Shown here in pieces: positions 47,712-61,015 of a stretch of 64,000 nucleotides of DNA. The DNA is from Squalus acanthias (lineage: Eukaryota). Location of the stretch: positions 75,392,001 to 75,456,000 of the forward strand of contig CM059430.1 of assembly GCA_030390025.1 (NCBI GenBank). The letters are read 5' to 3'. The notes below the pieces were generated by a model. That model was given only the letters and a program-made list of their open reading frames with translations. It was not told where the DNA came from and did not search any database. The stretch's first letter is position 1. Each line of letters begins with the position of its first letter. Both the position numbers and the translations under genes were made by a program.

Positions 47712-49408
47712 CATAAACATAAGAACATTACGTAAGAACATAAGAAATAGAGCAGGGGTAGGCCATTTGACACGTCGAGCCTGATCCGCCATTCAATGAG
47801 ATCATGGCTGATCTTGTACCTCATCTCCACTTGCCTGAACTACACCATAGCCCTTGATTCCCTTAATATCCAAAATTGCATCGATCTGTGTCTTGAATAT
47901 ACTCAACGACTTAGCTTCCACCGCCCTCTGGGGTAGAGAATTCCAAAGATTCACCACTCGCAGGGTGAAAAGATTTCTCCTCATCTCAGTCCTAAATGGC
48001 TAACCATTATTGTGAGACCGTGACCCCTGCTTTTAGACTCCCCAGACAGGGGAAACATCCTCCCTGCATCTACCCTGTCAATCCCTGTAAGAATTGTTTA
48101 TGTTTTAATGAGATCACCTCTCATTCTTCTAAACGCTAGAGAATATAGGACTTGTCTACTCAATCTCGCTTCATATGACAATCCCCCATACCAGGAATTA
48201 ATCTGGTGAACCTTTGCTGCACTCCATCTATGCCAAGTGTATCCTTCCTTAGGTAAGGAGACCAAACCTGTATACAATACTCCAGGTGTGGTCTCACCAG
48301 GGCCCTATATAATTGCAGTAAGTCGTCTTTACTCTTATACTTAAATCCTCTTGTAATAAATGCCAACATAGCATTTGCTTTCCTAATTGCTTGCTGTACC
48401 TACAATTTAACTTTCAGCGATTTGTGTACAAGGACGTGCAGTTACCTCTGCACATCAACATTTCCCAATCTCTCACCATTTAAAAAATACACTGCTTTTC
48501 TATTTTTCCTACCAAAGTGGATAACTTTACATTTCTCCAGATTATATTCCATTTGTTATGGCATTCCCTACTCACTTAGCCTGTCTATATCCCCTTGAAG
48601 CCTCTTCCCATCCTCCTCACAACTTACATTCCCACCCAGCTTTGTATCGTCAGCAAACAATGATAGATTACATTTGATCTCCTCAACCAAATCATTGATA
48701 CAGATTGTGAATAGCTGAGGCCCAAGCACTGATCCTTGAGTTACCACACTAGTTACAGCCTGCCAACACGAAAATTATTCATTTATTGCTACTCTCTGTT
48801 TTCTGTCGGTTAACCAATCCTTAATCGATGCTAGTATATTACCCTACAATCGCATGAGCCCTAAATTTGTTTAATAACCTCTTGTGTGGCACCTTATCTA
48901 ATGCCATCTGAAAATCAAAATACACCACATCCACCTGTTCCCCCTTATCTATTCAGCTAGGTACAACCTCAAAAAACTCTAACAGAATCGTCAAACACGA
49001 TTTCCCTTTCAGAAATTGGCGTTGGCTCTGCCCAATCATACTACTATTTTCTAAGTGCCCTGTCACAACGTCCTTAATAATAGAATATAACATTTTCCCT
49101 GCTACTGATGTCAGGCTAACTGGTCTGCAGTTCCCTTTTTTCTCTCTCCCTCGTGTCTTATACTCTGTGGGAACCGCTCTTAAAATATGGAATTTTGGAA
49201 AATGACAGCCAAAGCATCCACTATATGCATAGCCACCTCTTGAAAACCCTAGGTTCAGAGGATTTATCTGCTTTCGGTCCCATTAATTTCGCCAGTACTA
49301 TTTCTTTACTGAAACTAATTTATTGCAGTACCTCATTCTTGCTAGACCCTTGGTTCTCCACTATTTCCGGGAAGTTTTTGCGTCTTCTTCCGTGAAGACA
49401 GACACAAA
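47712..49408 (-). mobile_element. CR1 LINE split by a Harbinger insertion (continues 53585-53785)
   Basis: ORFs 47802-47984 and 48160-48369. gtgaagacagacacaaa at 49392-49408 rejoins aaagtctttgtttaatttctctgcc at ~53585. Confidence 0.9.
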
Positions 49409-49675
49409 GGTCGCGATCTAGCTGACCGAGGCGGTCCGGGGCGGAAGAAGTCGTTTTCGGGCTACGAACCGCTGCCATCTTCATCCCTCCTAGAAAATGA
49501 TTTTCCGTTAATGATACCTTGTTAAGCTTGCCCTTCGCGTTCACCGAACCGATTACAACGTTCAGCTCAGGTGACGTCAGCGCTGACGCTTCTTTTGCCG
49601 GTTTATTTAAAGGGATCATTGCCCCACTTCATTTAATTTGCTCCATTAGAAGATGCACCTTGTTCTTCTCCAAGA

Positions 49676-51560
49676 ATGGCCTCAGAAAGGCAGAGTGCTG
49701 CTCCTCACTTCAGTGATGACTCCCTTCATGTTCTTGTGGATGGAATACGATCACGCAGGGACGTTCTCTTCCCTGCCAATGGTCGGAAGAGACCTCCCCA
49801 GGAGACCATGGCAGCCAGGCTGCAAATAGCTAAGGATGTAACTGGCAGGTGTGTGATGATGAGGACCTGGGTTCAGTGCTGCAAGCGTTTTCATGATCTT
49901 CTACGATCGAACAAAGTGAGTCTAAATCCACACTAACCTTCATGCTGCTGTGCCTGTTATCACTTCCCCATTACTCAGCATTCCCAACCCTACTCATGCG
50001 TATCGTAACTCAATGCAACATTCCTTGGACCTTCATCCATCCCTCTCTATCTATCTACATTATTGGATCCCTATCTTACTATGCACCCCTCACACTCACC
50101 CTCATTCTAATGTAATGACACCAACTGGCCACTGTATTGGATGTGACTTGTTAGAGTCACCCCCACTCCATTATAGTCTCCCTGTAAAGATCTACCACAA
50201 ATATTCCTTAAACTCATTCCATTAGTCTCACTCAACGTTCTCTTCTTTCCCTCCCTGCAGGAGAAGAGAGTCCGCAACAAAAGGGAGAGGGAGAGGACGG
50301 GAGGTGGCCCTCAATCATTGGCCATTCTGACTCTTGCAGAGGAGGTTGCCCTGGAGATCACTGGAGCGGTGGACCAGCCGGAAGTGTGAGAAGGAGAGAA
50401 GGGCTCATCTGACCAACCTGGTGCCAGAATCATTTCCCATACACCTACATGTCATTCATCAGTCACTCATATGGTGGCTACTGTCAACTGGATTTATGGC
50501 TCATAATGCACATCATGGTATCTGTATTCAATGTACATATCATATATTTAACTGATGTATTTACCCTCCCACAGGTCCATCATGAGCGCCCCTCTCCAAT
50601 GTCCATGAGGAACTGGAGGAGCACAACTCAGAGGAGGCTCCAGCAACTGAGGGTGCAGCATCACCTGCGACAAGGCAAGTCAGCACCACCACAGATACAA
50701 TCGCCTCAGTGGGTCCATCGCGAGAAGAGTAGTGTTGTCACCTGGTTTCTCATACATCACACGCGAGCAGGAGCAGATGGTGGAGACAGGACCAGCATTG
50801 GAGATACCTCGTCGGAGGGTGCAGGAGTCTCCTAGCTCTGCTCAGCTGCTTGCAGACGCTGAGGCTCGGAGGCCATCAAGGAACAGGGCGTTCTTGATGC
50901 TGGAGCAACAAGTGCAGGAGGCTCTGACTGGTTTTGAAACGGGGGTGACTGCAAATGAGCAGAGAATGGAGGAGCCCATCTCAAGCATGAGCACCACCGT
51001 GGCGCATGCACTCACGACTCCTGGTTCCTCCATGGATATGATGACCACCTGCCTGGTGGATCTAATGCGCCAGTCGCATGAGCACATGGTCTCACTTCAA
51101 AATACATGGTCATCTATTGAGAATAGATGGGCAACTATCGAGGAGAGAAAACAAAGGCACATAGGGGTCCTTGCTAGGAGGTCCTCATAGCTCCACTGAT
51201 ATGCCGGAAGGAGCTCTCCAGCTACTTGCTAGCAGAGAAGTGCGGATGGCACATGAGAGGGATGATGGTGGGAGGGTACATGGACGCAGGGGACTCTCTC
51301 CCAGCGCTAACACTTCAACCCTATTGCCTACCCCTCAGTCAGAGTCCCAGATGCCTCCACTGACAACGATGGCCGAGTCTGCCACTGCACAGTCGCAGGA
51401 GGAGCAGACTTTGGCGGGGCCCAAACAGGGTCCGCAACCCAGAGGACGACCGTCAAAGGCATCTAAGCAGATGCAGCAGGGAAGTGAACAGGCTGCCTCT
51501 ACCTCTGCTGAAGCTACAGGGGAGGTTCACCACGTAGAAACACTCGGAAAAGAAAGTTGA
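49676..51560 (+). pseudogene. Harbinger Myb/SANT-like DNA-binding protein (spliced, degenerate)
   Basis: Exon 49676-49915 (APHFSDDSLHVLVDGIRSRRDVLFP...RTWVQCCKRFHDL) splices in phase 0 to 50261 (EKRVRNKRERERTGGGP). Confidence 0.8.
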
Positions 51561-51857
51561 CACACCAACAGACTTAAAAGTGTAGTAACGTGGGTGTTTC
51601 TATCAATGTTAATGACTAGTTTCTGTTAATTTTATGTTGAGGAATAAATCTTTAATTCATTCAAATACTGTTCCTTCACAAATGTGTGTTGACACTTGGA
51701 AATGGCAGAGTGGATGGTCAGGGATGCTTGAAACTCCATCAATGGTGTGGAGATTGAACGGTAGGACTGGTTATTGTAGGGATGGTTAATGGTGTTGATG
51801 TGGGCTGATGCCAATATGCTAAAGCATGTGGCAGCCACATGACTGTGTAGCGTGAAC

Positions 51858-52900
51858 TTAGCTAAGCCTGGCCATGATGAGGAGATTCCTGGCCTCACGG
51901 GCAGCAATGTGTTCGTGTACTGGTAGCATTGGCAGTGCTGGCTGATTAAGGTCTTCCTCATCGTCGCCATCATTCTCCTCCTTCTCCTCCAACTTCTCCT
52001 CCTCCAAAGAGGCTGTGCACTCTGTGCATTCTTCCTCCTGCAGCATTAAGCCTCGCTGCTGTGCTATGTTGCGCAGGGCGCAGCAGACCTCAACGATTCT
52101 GGAGACACTGGCTAGAGCGGACTGCAGGGCTCCTCCAGATCTGTCCAGGCATCTGAAGCGCATTTTAAGCAAACCAATCGTCTGCACTATGACAATTCTG
52201 GTGGAGATCGGGCGTTGATTATACTGTTCCTCGAGGTCGTTTTATTGTCTTGCTCAAAGGTGTCATGCACCACGTCTTTAATGGATTGCTCTTGTCCTCA
52301 AGCAGCCACCCAGGAAAGACTGTTTGGAGGTATGAAGAGCAGAGGAACGGTGTAGTGGCACAGGATGTAGGAGTCATGGCAGCTCCCCGGGAACTTGGCG
52401 CACACATGGAGAATGATGTTCCTATGGATGAAGACTCCTTGCACATTGAGGGAGTGGCAGCCCTTGCGGTTAATAAATACTGCTGGGTCATGAACGGGTG
52501 CCGTGATGGCCACATGGGTGCTGTCGATTACGCCCTGCCCCCGTGGGAATCCAGCCAGAGCCGCAAAGCCATCCGCGCACTCAGCAGCTCTGCTTCATCA
52601 GTTGCAAAGTTTATATCATTTGCTGACTTATCAAATATGGCATCGGGGATGCGCAAATGTCTGCTGCAGATGCCTGGAAGGAGCCTGAGGTGACGAATTT
52701 GAGTGCAAGTGTGACTTTCACAGCTACTGGTAAGGGGTATCCACCCGCTACTCTGGGCTGCAGCTCTTGCTCCAGCAATCTGGAAATATCCGCCACATCC
52801 TGGCGTGATAGCATAAGCTTCATTTGGCACTGCTGCTCAGTCATGTTGAGGAAGCTCATCCTCTGGCTGTAAACCATAGAGGTAGCACATCCGCCGAAGT
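51858..52900 (-). pseudogene. Harbinger (HARBI1-like) DDE transposase, frameshifted
   Basis: Fragments [33 protein letters not shown]...[13 protein letters not shown] and TIGLLKMRFRCLDRSGGALQ...CCALRNIA. Confidence 0.88.
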
Positions 52901-54374
52901 CCAGGTCTGTGCCGATGCCCTCTGCCCTGTGCAGCATCAGGTGGTTGAGGCTAAGGTTGGGGCTCTTGCTGTTGTTGTGGCTGCTGGGTTGCCTGGTTCT
53001 CCTGGTGTTGGGGCTCTTCGTGGGCAGAATCTGAGGAACAATGTGATAGACTGTAAAGCGTACACATTCTGATGGTAGGTGACAGAGAGATGACTGAAGC
53101 AAAACTGTGTGCTAAGAGAGGTTGTTACAATGATTTGGAAGTACATAGAGAGTTGGCTCCAAACACTTGCAAGCTGCACAAGACTACATTTCTTCCAAGT
53201 GCATTAACCAACGGTTTCTGAGCTCTGAAAGTGAACAGCTGCAACACGGTATCCTTTATGCAACTTCTGCAGCTGTCAGTTAACCAGATAATGCAATGCA
53301 GAGTCAACTCACGACCTGGTGAGCTGACGTGTTCACCGAGCAGCGGATAACCCGTTGGGGAGCACGCAAAATTGAAATGCAGCATTAAAATAACAGTTAA
53401 TTGGATGCTAATAATCAAGTTAATGATTTGAATTGCCTCCCCCGCCGCTTGGTGTCGGGTCTGTTTTGCGGCGACTTACCCGACACCTGGGAGACTCGCG
53501 TGGAGGCGAGTTGACAGCGGGTTCCCTATCCGCTGTCAACCTTTGTCATTTTCACACCTGACCGGCACCGGCAGGATCGCGGCAAAAGTCTTTGTTTAAT
53601 TTCTCTGCCATTTCCTTACTCCCCATTATAATTTCTCCAGTCTCGGCCTGTAAGGGACCCATATTTACTTTCGCTAATCTTTGCCTTTTAACATACCTAT
53701 AGAAGCTTTTACAATCTGTTTTTATGTCTCTCGCAAGTTTACTGTCATATTCTATTTTCCCTTTCTTCATCAATTTCTTGGCTATGTAAAGCACAGAAAG
53801 ATACAATTCGGTACATGCTGGTGTTTATGCTATATACGACCTTCCTCCTAACCCTCGTCATCAAACCTTATCACACTTTATTAGCAAGTTATCTTCCTAA
53901 TGAAAATCCTACTAGCGTGCCTGCGTGGATTTGTACGGGTGCTTTGAGTGGCTTATTTAAGCAGATCGCATAATTTGTCACGGGTAACCATTGTTTCCTG
54001 TCGTTTGCTCAGAATGACCAATTCATAAAATGTTCTAGCACTAAACGACACCTTTCGGCCCAACTCGTCCGTACGGGCTCGCTGAAAGAGCTGGCAATTT
54101 CCCTCCGCTTCAGTCCGTTCCATCATGCACCACGTTATACGTAATCCACACTTAGAAGTTTATCTGTTTCATCTATTCAGTTATGTTTGCAAGTTATTGA
54201 TCTGACCGTCATTTTTCACATGACCCAGCTGGTTGACAGCTGTTTACTTAACAGACTGTCGGCGCCCAATGATTTGTTCCAGCCACGTACATTGACCAAT
54301 AGAGGCATGTTATTAAAAAGTCTGTTCATAAAGTGTGTTAGATAGAATAGGTTCGTTCACAGAAACAACGAATC

Positions 54375-55335
54375 TTACAGTAGTTCCTCAAGGCAGTGTA
54401 CGATACCCAACCATTTTCTGTGCTTCATCAATGACATCCCCTCCATCATATGGTCAGATTTGGGGATGTTCGCTGATGATTGCGCAGTGTTCAGTTCCAT
54501 TCGCAACTCCTAAGATAACGGATCAGTCCATGCCCGCAAGCAGCTAGACCTGGACGACATTCACGGTTGGGCTGGTACATGGCAAATAACATTCGCGCCT
54601 CACAAATGTCAGGTAATGACTACATCGAGCAAGAGAGCATTTAACCACCACCCCTTGACATTCAACGGATTGCCATCGCCATAAACCACACCATCAACAT
54701 CCTGGGGGTCAGGATTGAACAGAAACTTAACTAGACCAGACTCAAATAATATGTCTTTAGAGCAGGTCAGAGGCTGGGTATTCTGCTGCGATTGTCTCAC
54801 CTCCTGACTCTCCAAATCCTTTCCACCATCTAGAAGGCACAAGTCAGGAGTGTGATGGAATAGTCTCCACTTGCCTGGATGCGTGCAGCTCCAAGAAAAT
54901 TAAGACGTTCTCATCATCTAGGACAAAGGAGCCCACTTGATTGACACCCCATCCACCACCTTAAACATTCACTCCCTCCACCACCAGCACACCGTGGCCG
55001 CAGTGTGTAACATTTACAAGATACATTGCAGCAACTCACCAAGGCTTCATGGCTAGCACCTCCCAAACCTTTGACCTCTACCACCTAGAATGACAAGGGT
55101 AGCAGGAAATGCGAACTCCCTCATCTCTAATTTCCTCTCCAAGTCACGCACCATCCTGACTTGGAAATATATCGCTGTTCCTTCATTGTCGCTTGGTCAA
55201 AATCATGGAACTCGATCCCTTAAAACACTATGGTAGTACCTTCACCACAGGGATTGCAGCGGTTCAAGAAGGGGGCTCACTACCACCTTCTTAAGGGCAA
55301 TTAGGGATGGGCATTAAATGCTGGTCTTGTCAGGA
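54375..55335 (+). mobile_element. LINE 3' fragment of a second family (CR1/L2 group)
   Basis: Remnants VPQGSV, FIND, GMFADDC and YKAQVRSVMEY-like. 3' end caccttcttaagggcaattagggatgggcattaaatgctgg. Confidence 0.75.
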
Positions 55336-55479
55336 ACGAAAGGATAAGCAGAGAAAGATGCCATTGAGGCGGAGCTGCCTGTACTGACGCTGTGAAAGAG
55401 CGAAAGGAAAAACAAAGAAAGATGAAATTCGGACCTTATTCGTTATTCGTTATATAACCTGCCTGTGCTGACGCTTTGA

Positions 55480-55985
55480 AAGAGCTTTCCAATTTAGTCC
55501 AATACCCCTGGTTGTTCCCCATCACTATTCAACTACATGTCGAAATACGTTTTGAAAGTTTCTATGGAATCTGATTCTACCTAAACTTCAGGTAGTGCTT
55601 TCCAGATCCTGTCAACCCTCCGTGTGAAAAAAATTATCCTACTTTACCCTCTTGATATTTTGCCATTCATTTTAAATCTATGACTTCTGGTAACCGAAAC
55701 ACTTGCCAGAAGAAACAGTTTCTACATACTTGCTCTATCAATACCCCTCCTAATATTGAATAATTTTATTTGTTCTCCCCATAACCTTCACAGCTCAAAT
55801 GTGAAAAATACCAGCTTGTCCAATCACTCCACGTAAATGAACTGCCTCATCCCTGGTACCACCTGGTAAACTTCCTCTCTACCCTCCCAGGGCCTTGACA
55901 TCAATCCTAAAGTGTGCTATCATGACTTGTGCACAATAATCCAGCTGAGTCCTAACCAGAGATTTGTAATGGAGTCCTTGTACAA
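55480..55985 (-). mobile_element. Old CR1 3' fragment
   Basis: LHYKSLVRTQLDYCAQV...DVKAL in ORF 55879-56148. Confidence 0.65.
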
Positions 55986-57139
55986 CGACAATGAAATCAT
56001 ATCTTAAAATGAAATCTTTGCGATTTCGTTCAGTCAGGGCAATTCTACTCCCACAATGTATGGGCCCTCGCTGGGTGAAGCAAAGGTCAAGTTCTGGAGA
56101 CAGAATGCAGAAAGTACAAGATAAGTACAAAGGTATTTTGCTTCCCACTCGCGAAATTATTTCAAATCAGCCTCTTTTCAATCAGGGTCAAAAAGAGAAA
56201 AATGAAAATGGCTGCTGCAGTAATCTGAATTTCCTTTGATCGGTTAGCTCTGAAACTAATTCAATTCAAAAGTTACTATCGCTGCAGAACGATTGATAAC
56301 TCGTAACATTTGAATGGCATAAGATGGTCAGTAGAATTTTTTTTTACTTTTAAACTATTTAGTTAATTTGAATCATATTTACAGGGCATTGGACTATATG
56401 TCGAATGACATATTCGATTTTTTTGTGTTTAATACGAACCACATTTAACCCTTGCTGCCATATTACTTCGCTGGCAGCTCAGATTGGTTTTGTACCTCCT
56501 TTAGTGCACTTTTTCTAAGGAAATGCACATTTCAATTACTGACACTAAATTTGCGCTCTCGCATTTCTTGGCAATAAATCATTCTTAATTTTCTTCTCAT
56601 TCTTCTTCCCTGAAGTCAAAAATTGGAATCATTATGATTTACAAGCACGATATTTTGGCCCCAACACAAGGTTGCTCCCGGTCTTTCTTTTCCACATCGG
56701 ATGGACATCTGAAGACTCTTGCGTGAGCTTTAGAAATCTGTCCATTGACTAGTCAAACAGTTATTTAATCAGGAATGATACGTTATGATAATTAATTAGC
56801 GACATTATAAACGTTATCCTGAAATATTCTACTGTTGGGTATTGCCAAGAAATCATAAAAATCCTGAAACGGCTGAATTGACAATTTCATCTTAGGTGCA
56901 GGCCAAAGGAAACTTTCAAGGAGACATTTGTTATTCCGATACACACAGCTTCTTGAGGTCTTCAGCCAGCGAGTGAAAACAATTGTCCTGATTGAGCGAA
57001 ATCGCAAAGTTTTAATTTTAAGTCATAGCGACCAGACTAATTCTTGGGCAACATGATGCAAATAGAGATCACCAATCCATAGTAATTTGCCTTGTTTGAA
57101 GTATCACCAGAGCTGAGTCCAAGAAATTGTAAACAATGG

Positions 57140-57572
57140 ATTTATTCGGAGCCTCTCGTGACCTCAAGGCGTTCCAAAGCGTTTTACCGCCAATAAATTC
57201 GTTATAAAGTGTAATCACTGCTCATATGTAGAAACAATGTCGGCAACCGAAATGTGCACAGCAAAATCCCACCAAGCCAAATGAAATAAATGACCGGCCA
57301 ATCTGTTTTGGTGGTGTTGCTTACAAAATGAATGCTGACTAGGACACCTGGAGAACTTACTTGGTTTTCTTCAACTCGTGCCATGGAAGCTTTCTTGTTC
57401 ACCTCAGAGGGCAGACACAAGGTGCTCGTTTGAGGTATCAACAGAAAGGCGCATTTCCCTCAGTACTGCACTGAAGTATTGATCTTGATTATGTGCTCAA
57501 ATCTCGGAGTCGGGCTGGAACCCTTGGTATTCTTACTCAAATCCGAGAATAGTACCACTGTGTCAAGCTGAC
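57140..57572 (-). mobile_element. Deu-domain SINE (SacSINE1-like)
   Basis: gtgcacagcaaaatcccacc...tgccatgg...cacctcagagggcagac...ccctcagtactgcactgaag...gattatgtgctcaa. Confidence 0.65.
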
Positions 57573-58379
57573 ACTCAAAGAACACAAGGCTGCTAAGGTA
57601 AAACATAGACAATTCGCACTGATGCAATTGGGGGAGCTATATGGAGTCTGGGGAAAAGGTAAATTCCATGGCGGATACTGAAGTGGCTTTCCGTTGCTAA
57701 TAGCCCATGTCATACCTGTCTGCTCGAAATGAACACGGAGTACCCAACCTAGAAAGTGTCCCATTCCCCTACACTAACATTCTTCTTAACGACAAATAAA
57801 TTGGCACTGATTGTGCGTTAATAAAAGCGGTGAGACTGTCAGCGCTCGCTGTTATTATGGAGTAAATCGAACAGGACCTTTCGGAATCCATACATATGCC
57901 GTTGAATGTGGCAATCCGGAAGTTGCTATTTGGTTGCCCTGCTCTTCCACATGTTGCGCTTCACAGGTCCCTTGGGATAGACTCAGCATTGAAATCCAAG
58001 TAATGGGGTGAAGTTGCTGTACTTACCGACAAGTTACCCACTAAACACGCCAGAAAATATAGGGCTGGTGCATTCAGGTATAAGGGCATTTTTCATGACG
58101 TGATAAGTCTTGATTACTGCCAAACAACGTGTCTGGTGCTGAAAAATGTAAAATATGTAAGAACTGCAATTTATGTTTACTTTTCTTCCTGTCTCTGTTT
58201 TCTCTCTTTCCTGCTCCCATCTTTCTTTCCATCTCTTTATTTCACTTTCTGTACATAATTTTACAATTAATTTCATAATCTAATTTTTACTTCATGGTTT
58301 AGAATCTCATTCGTTGAAGAGACACGCTTTTTTGCAGGCTCGTACATGCCATAGATCCCCTGTAGAGGTCCATGCGCTC

Positions 58380-59120
58380 CATCATAGAAAGTTACAACAT
58401 GGAAGGAGGCCATTTCGGCCCATCGTGTCCACGCCGGCCAACAAATAGCTATCCAGCCTAATCCCACTTCCCAGCTCTTGGTCCCTAGCCCTGCAGGTCA
58501 GAGCATCCAAAGTGCACATCCAAGTACTTTTTAAATGTTGTTCAGGTTCCTGCCTCTACCACCTTTCAGGCAGTGAGTTCCAGACACCCACAACCATCTG
58601 GGTAAAGAAACTTCCCCTTAAATGCCCTCTAAACCTTCACCCAATCAGTTAAATTCTGTGCCCCCTGGATTTTGGCCCCTCTGCTAAGGTAAATAGGTCC
58701 TTTCTATCGACTTTATCTATGCCACACAGAACGTTAAACAGCTCAATAAGGTCTCCCCTCGGCCTACTCTGTTCCAAGGAAAACAGACCCAGCCTATCCA
58801 GTCTTCCCTCATAAGTAAGATTCTCTACTCCCAGCAACACCCTTGTAAATCTCCTCTGTACCCTCTCTCGTGCAATCACATCCTTCCTGTAATGTGGTGA
58901 CCAGAACTGCACGCAGTACTCTAGCTGAGGCCTAACTAGTGTTTTATACAGTTGAAGCATAACCCCCTGCTCTTGTAATCTATGCCACGGCTAATAAAGG
59001 CAAGCATTCCGTATGTTTTCTTAACCACCTTATCTACTTGGCCTGCTACCTTCAGGGATATGTGGACATGCACTCCAAGGCCTATTTGTTCCTCTACACT
59101 ACTCAGTCTCTCACCATTCA
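58380..59120 (-). mobile_element. CR1 3' fragment
   Basis: ORF 58649-58960 LYKTLVRPQLEYCVQFWSPHYRKDV. Confidence 0.88.
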
Positions 59121-59699
59121 GTTTTTAGTTTCATCAACTTATTCCAAATAGAGAAACAAATTCCCAAATAACAAATTAACAGTAATAGCAATATCAACAT
59201 AGCGACTGCAGTCAAGACTCTTAAAAAGTTACTGCTGCAACTTGCATTCTATGAAACCAAATACCAAAAACAAGAACAAAATCTCTAGTTCTTTGAATAT
59301 CAAAATGTTACATCAAGTCTCCATCTTTTTTTAAACTGAAATTTGATATTTTAGCAATGGATTGCTCAAGGTTAGCTATTGGAAATATTGTGCAACCTTT
59401 GCGAGTGGGCTGCATTATCTGTTGAATTGTAACTTAAAATTGTTCTTTTTAAGAGATGGGCGCCTTGGATGGAGCTGAGCAGCGGACCTGTGAGAGGCAC
59501 CGAATCAGCGAGAGGAACTCAGCACAGGAATGACGTCAGAATTCAGAAGTGAGATGGTCAGAGGGGAGCTGATTGGTGAGTAGCTGGTGGGTATTTTCTG
59601 TTAGGTTTTTTGTTCAGTTTTAAATGTATTTCTGCTGAGCAGTTCATAGCCCATTACTAGAGGGGGAGCGATCATTGGCGAGTTGCAGGTGAGTGTTTT

Positions 59700-59972
59700 T
59701 TTAAAATTTATAAGTTTATTTCGCGGGCTTTTTTACAGGGGCCAGTGTCGGGAGCGGAGAGAGCAGCAGCACTGTGAGTAGTTAAACTCACTTTCGCGGG
59801 CTTTTTGGCAGAGGCCAGTGTCGGGAGCGGAGAGAGCAGCAGGGCTGTGAGTAGTTAAACTCACTTTCGCGGGCTTTTTTACAGAGACCAGTGTCGGGAG
59901 CAGAGAGAGCAGCAGCACAGTGAGTAGTTAAGCTCACTTTCCTGGGCTTTTTACAGAGGCCAGTGTCGGGAA
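59700..59972 (+). repeat. ~63-bp tandem repeat (about 4 units) in the CR1 5'UTR
   Basis: Unit roughly tttcgcgggcttttttacagaggccagtgtcgggagcggagagagcagcagcactgtgagtagttaaactcac. Confidence 0.9.
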
Positions 59973-60058
59973 AGGGCCCCTGATTATATCATTTACTTGA
60001 AGTGAAATTTGTGGGATTCATTTTAATTAATTTTTATTAATTAATTAAAGGGTAAGTC

Positions 60059-61015
60059 ATGCCAGGAGAGCTCCGCCACGTGATATGCTCCTCCTCCGAT
60101 ATGTGGGAAATCAGGGACGCTTCCTGTGTCGCTGATGACCATGTGTTTGGGAAGTGTATCCAGCTGCAGCAACTGATAGACCGCATTGCGGCGCTGGAGC
60201 TGCGGATGGATGCATATTGGAGCATTTGCGACGCTGAGAAAGTCATGGATAGCACGTTTAGTGATTTGGTCACACCGCAGGCAAAGGGTGTACAGGAAAG
60301 AAGTGAATGGGTGACCACCAGGCAGAGTAAGAGGTGCAGGCAGGTAGTGCAAGGGTCCCCAGTGGCCATCCCCCTCTCAAACAGATATACCACTTTGGAT
60401 GCTGTTGGGGGGGCTGACTTATCAGGGGAAGGCAGCAGCAGCCAACTTCCTGGCACCATGGGGGGCTCTGCTGCACAGGCTGGGAGGAAAAAGTGTGGAA
60501 GAGCTATAGTGATAGGAGATTCAATTGTAAGGGGAATAGATAGGCTTTTCTGCGGCCGCAAACGGGACTCCAGGATGGTGTGTTGCCTCCCTGGTGCAAG
60601 GGTCAAGGACGTCTCAGAGCGGCTACAGAAAATGTTGGTGGGGGAGGGTTAACAGCCAGTTTTCCTGGTGCACATAGGTATCAACGATATAGGTAAAAAA
60701 ACGGGATGAGGTACTAAAAGCAAAATATAGGGAGTTAGGAGGTAAATTAAAAAATAGGACCTCAAAGGTAGTAATCTCAGGACTGCTACCAGTGCCACGG
60801 GCTATTCAGGGTAGAAATAGGAGAATATTTCAAATCAATAAGTGGCTTGAGGAATGAAGCAAGGGGAGGGATTCAAATTCCTTGGAAATTGGAACCGGTT
60901 CTGGGCGAGGTGGGACCAGTACAAACGGGATGGTCTGCACGTGGGCAGGGCCGGGACCGATGTCCTGGGGGGAGTGTTTGCTAGTGCTGTTGGGGAGGGT
61001 TTAACTAAAGTGGCA
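60059..61015 (+). pseudogene. CR1 ORF1: zinc-finger/coiled-coil plus SGNH (GDSL-like) esterase
   Basis: VICSSSDMWE...KCIQLQQLIDRIAALE; AIVIGDSIVRG...CCLPGARVKDV; RDGLHV in ORF 60854-61141. Confidence 0.85.

Larger units (their letters stand above)
49409..53584. mobile_element. PIF/Harbinger DNA transposon, complete layout but decayed
   Basis: Imperfect TIRs ggtcgcgatct / ggatcgcggc, AAA-like 3-bp TSD, and convergent Myb/SANT and DDE nuclease genes. Confidence 0.88.

Noticed and set aside
51858-52900. Domesticated HARBI1 host gene
   Set aside because: Frameshifted, paired with a Myb/SANT gene, and bounded by TIRs inside a LINE.
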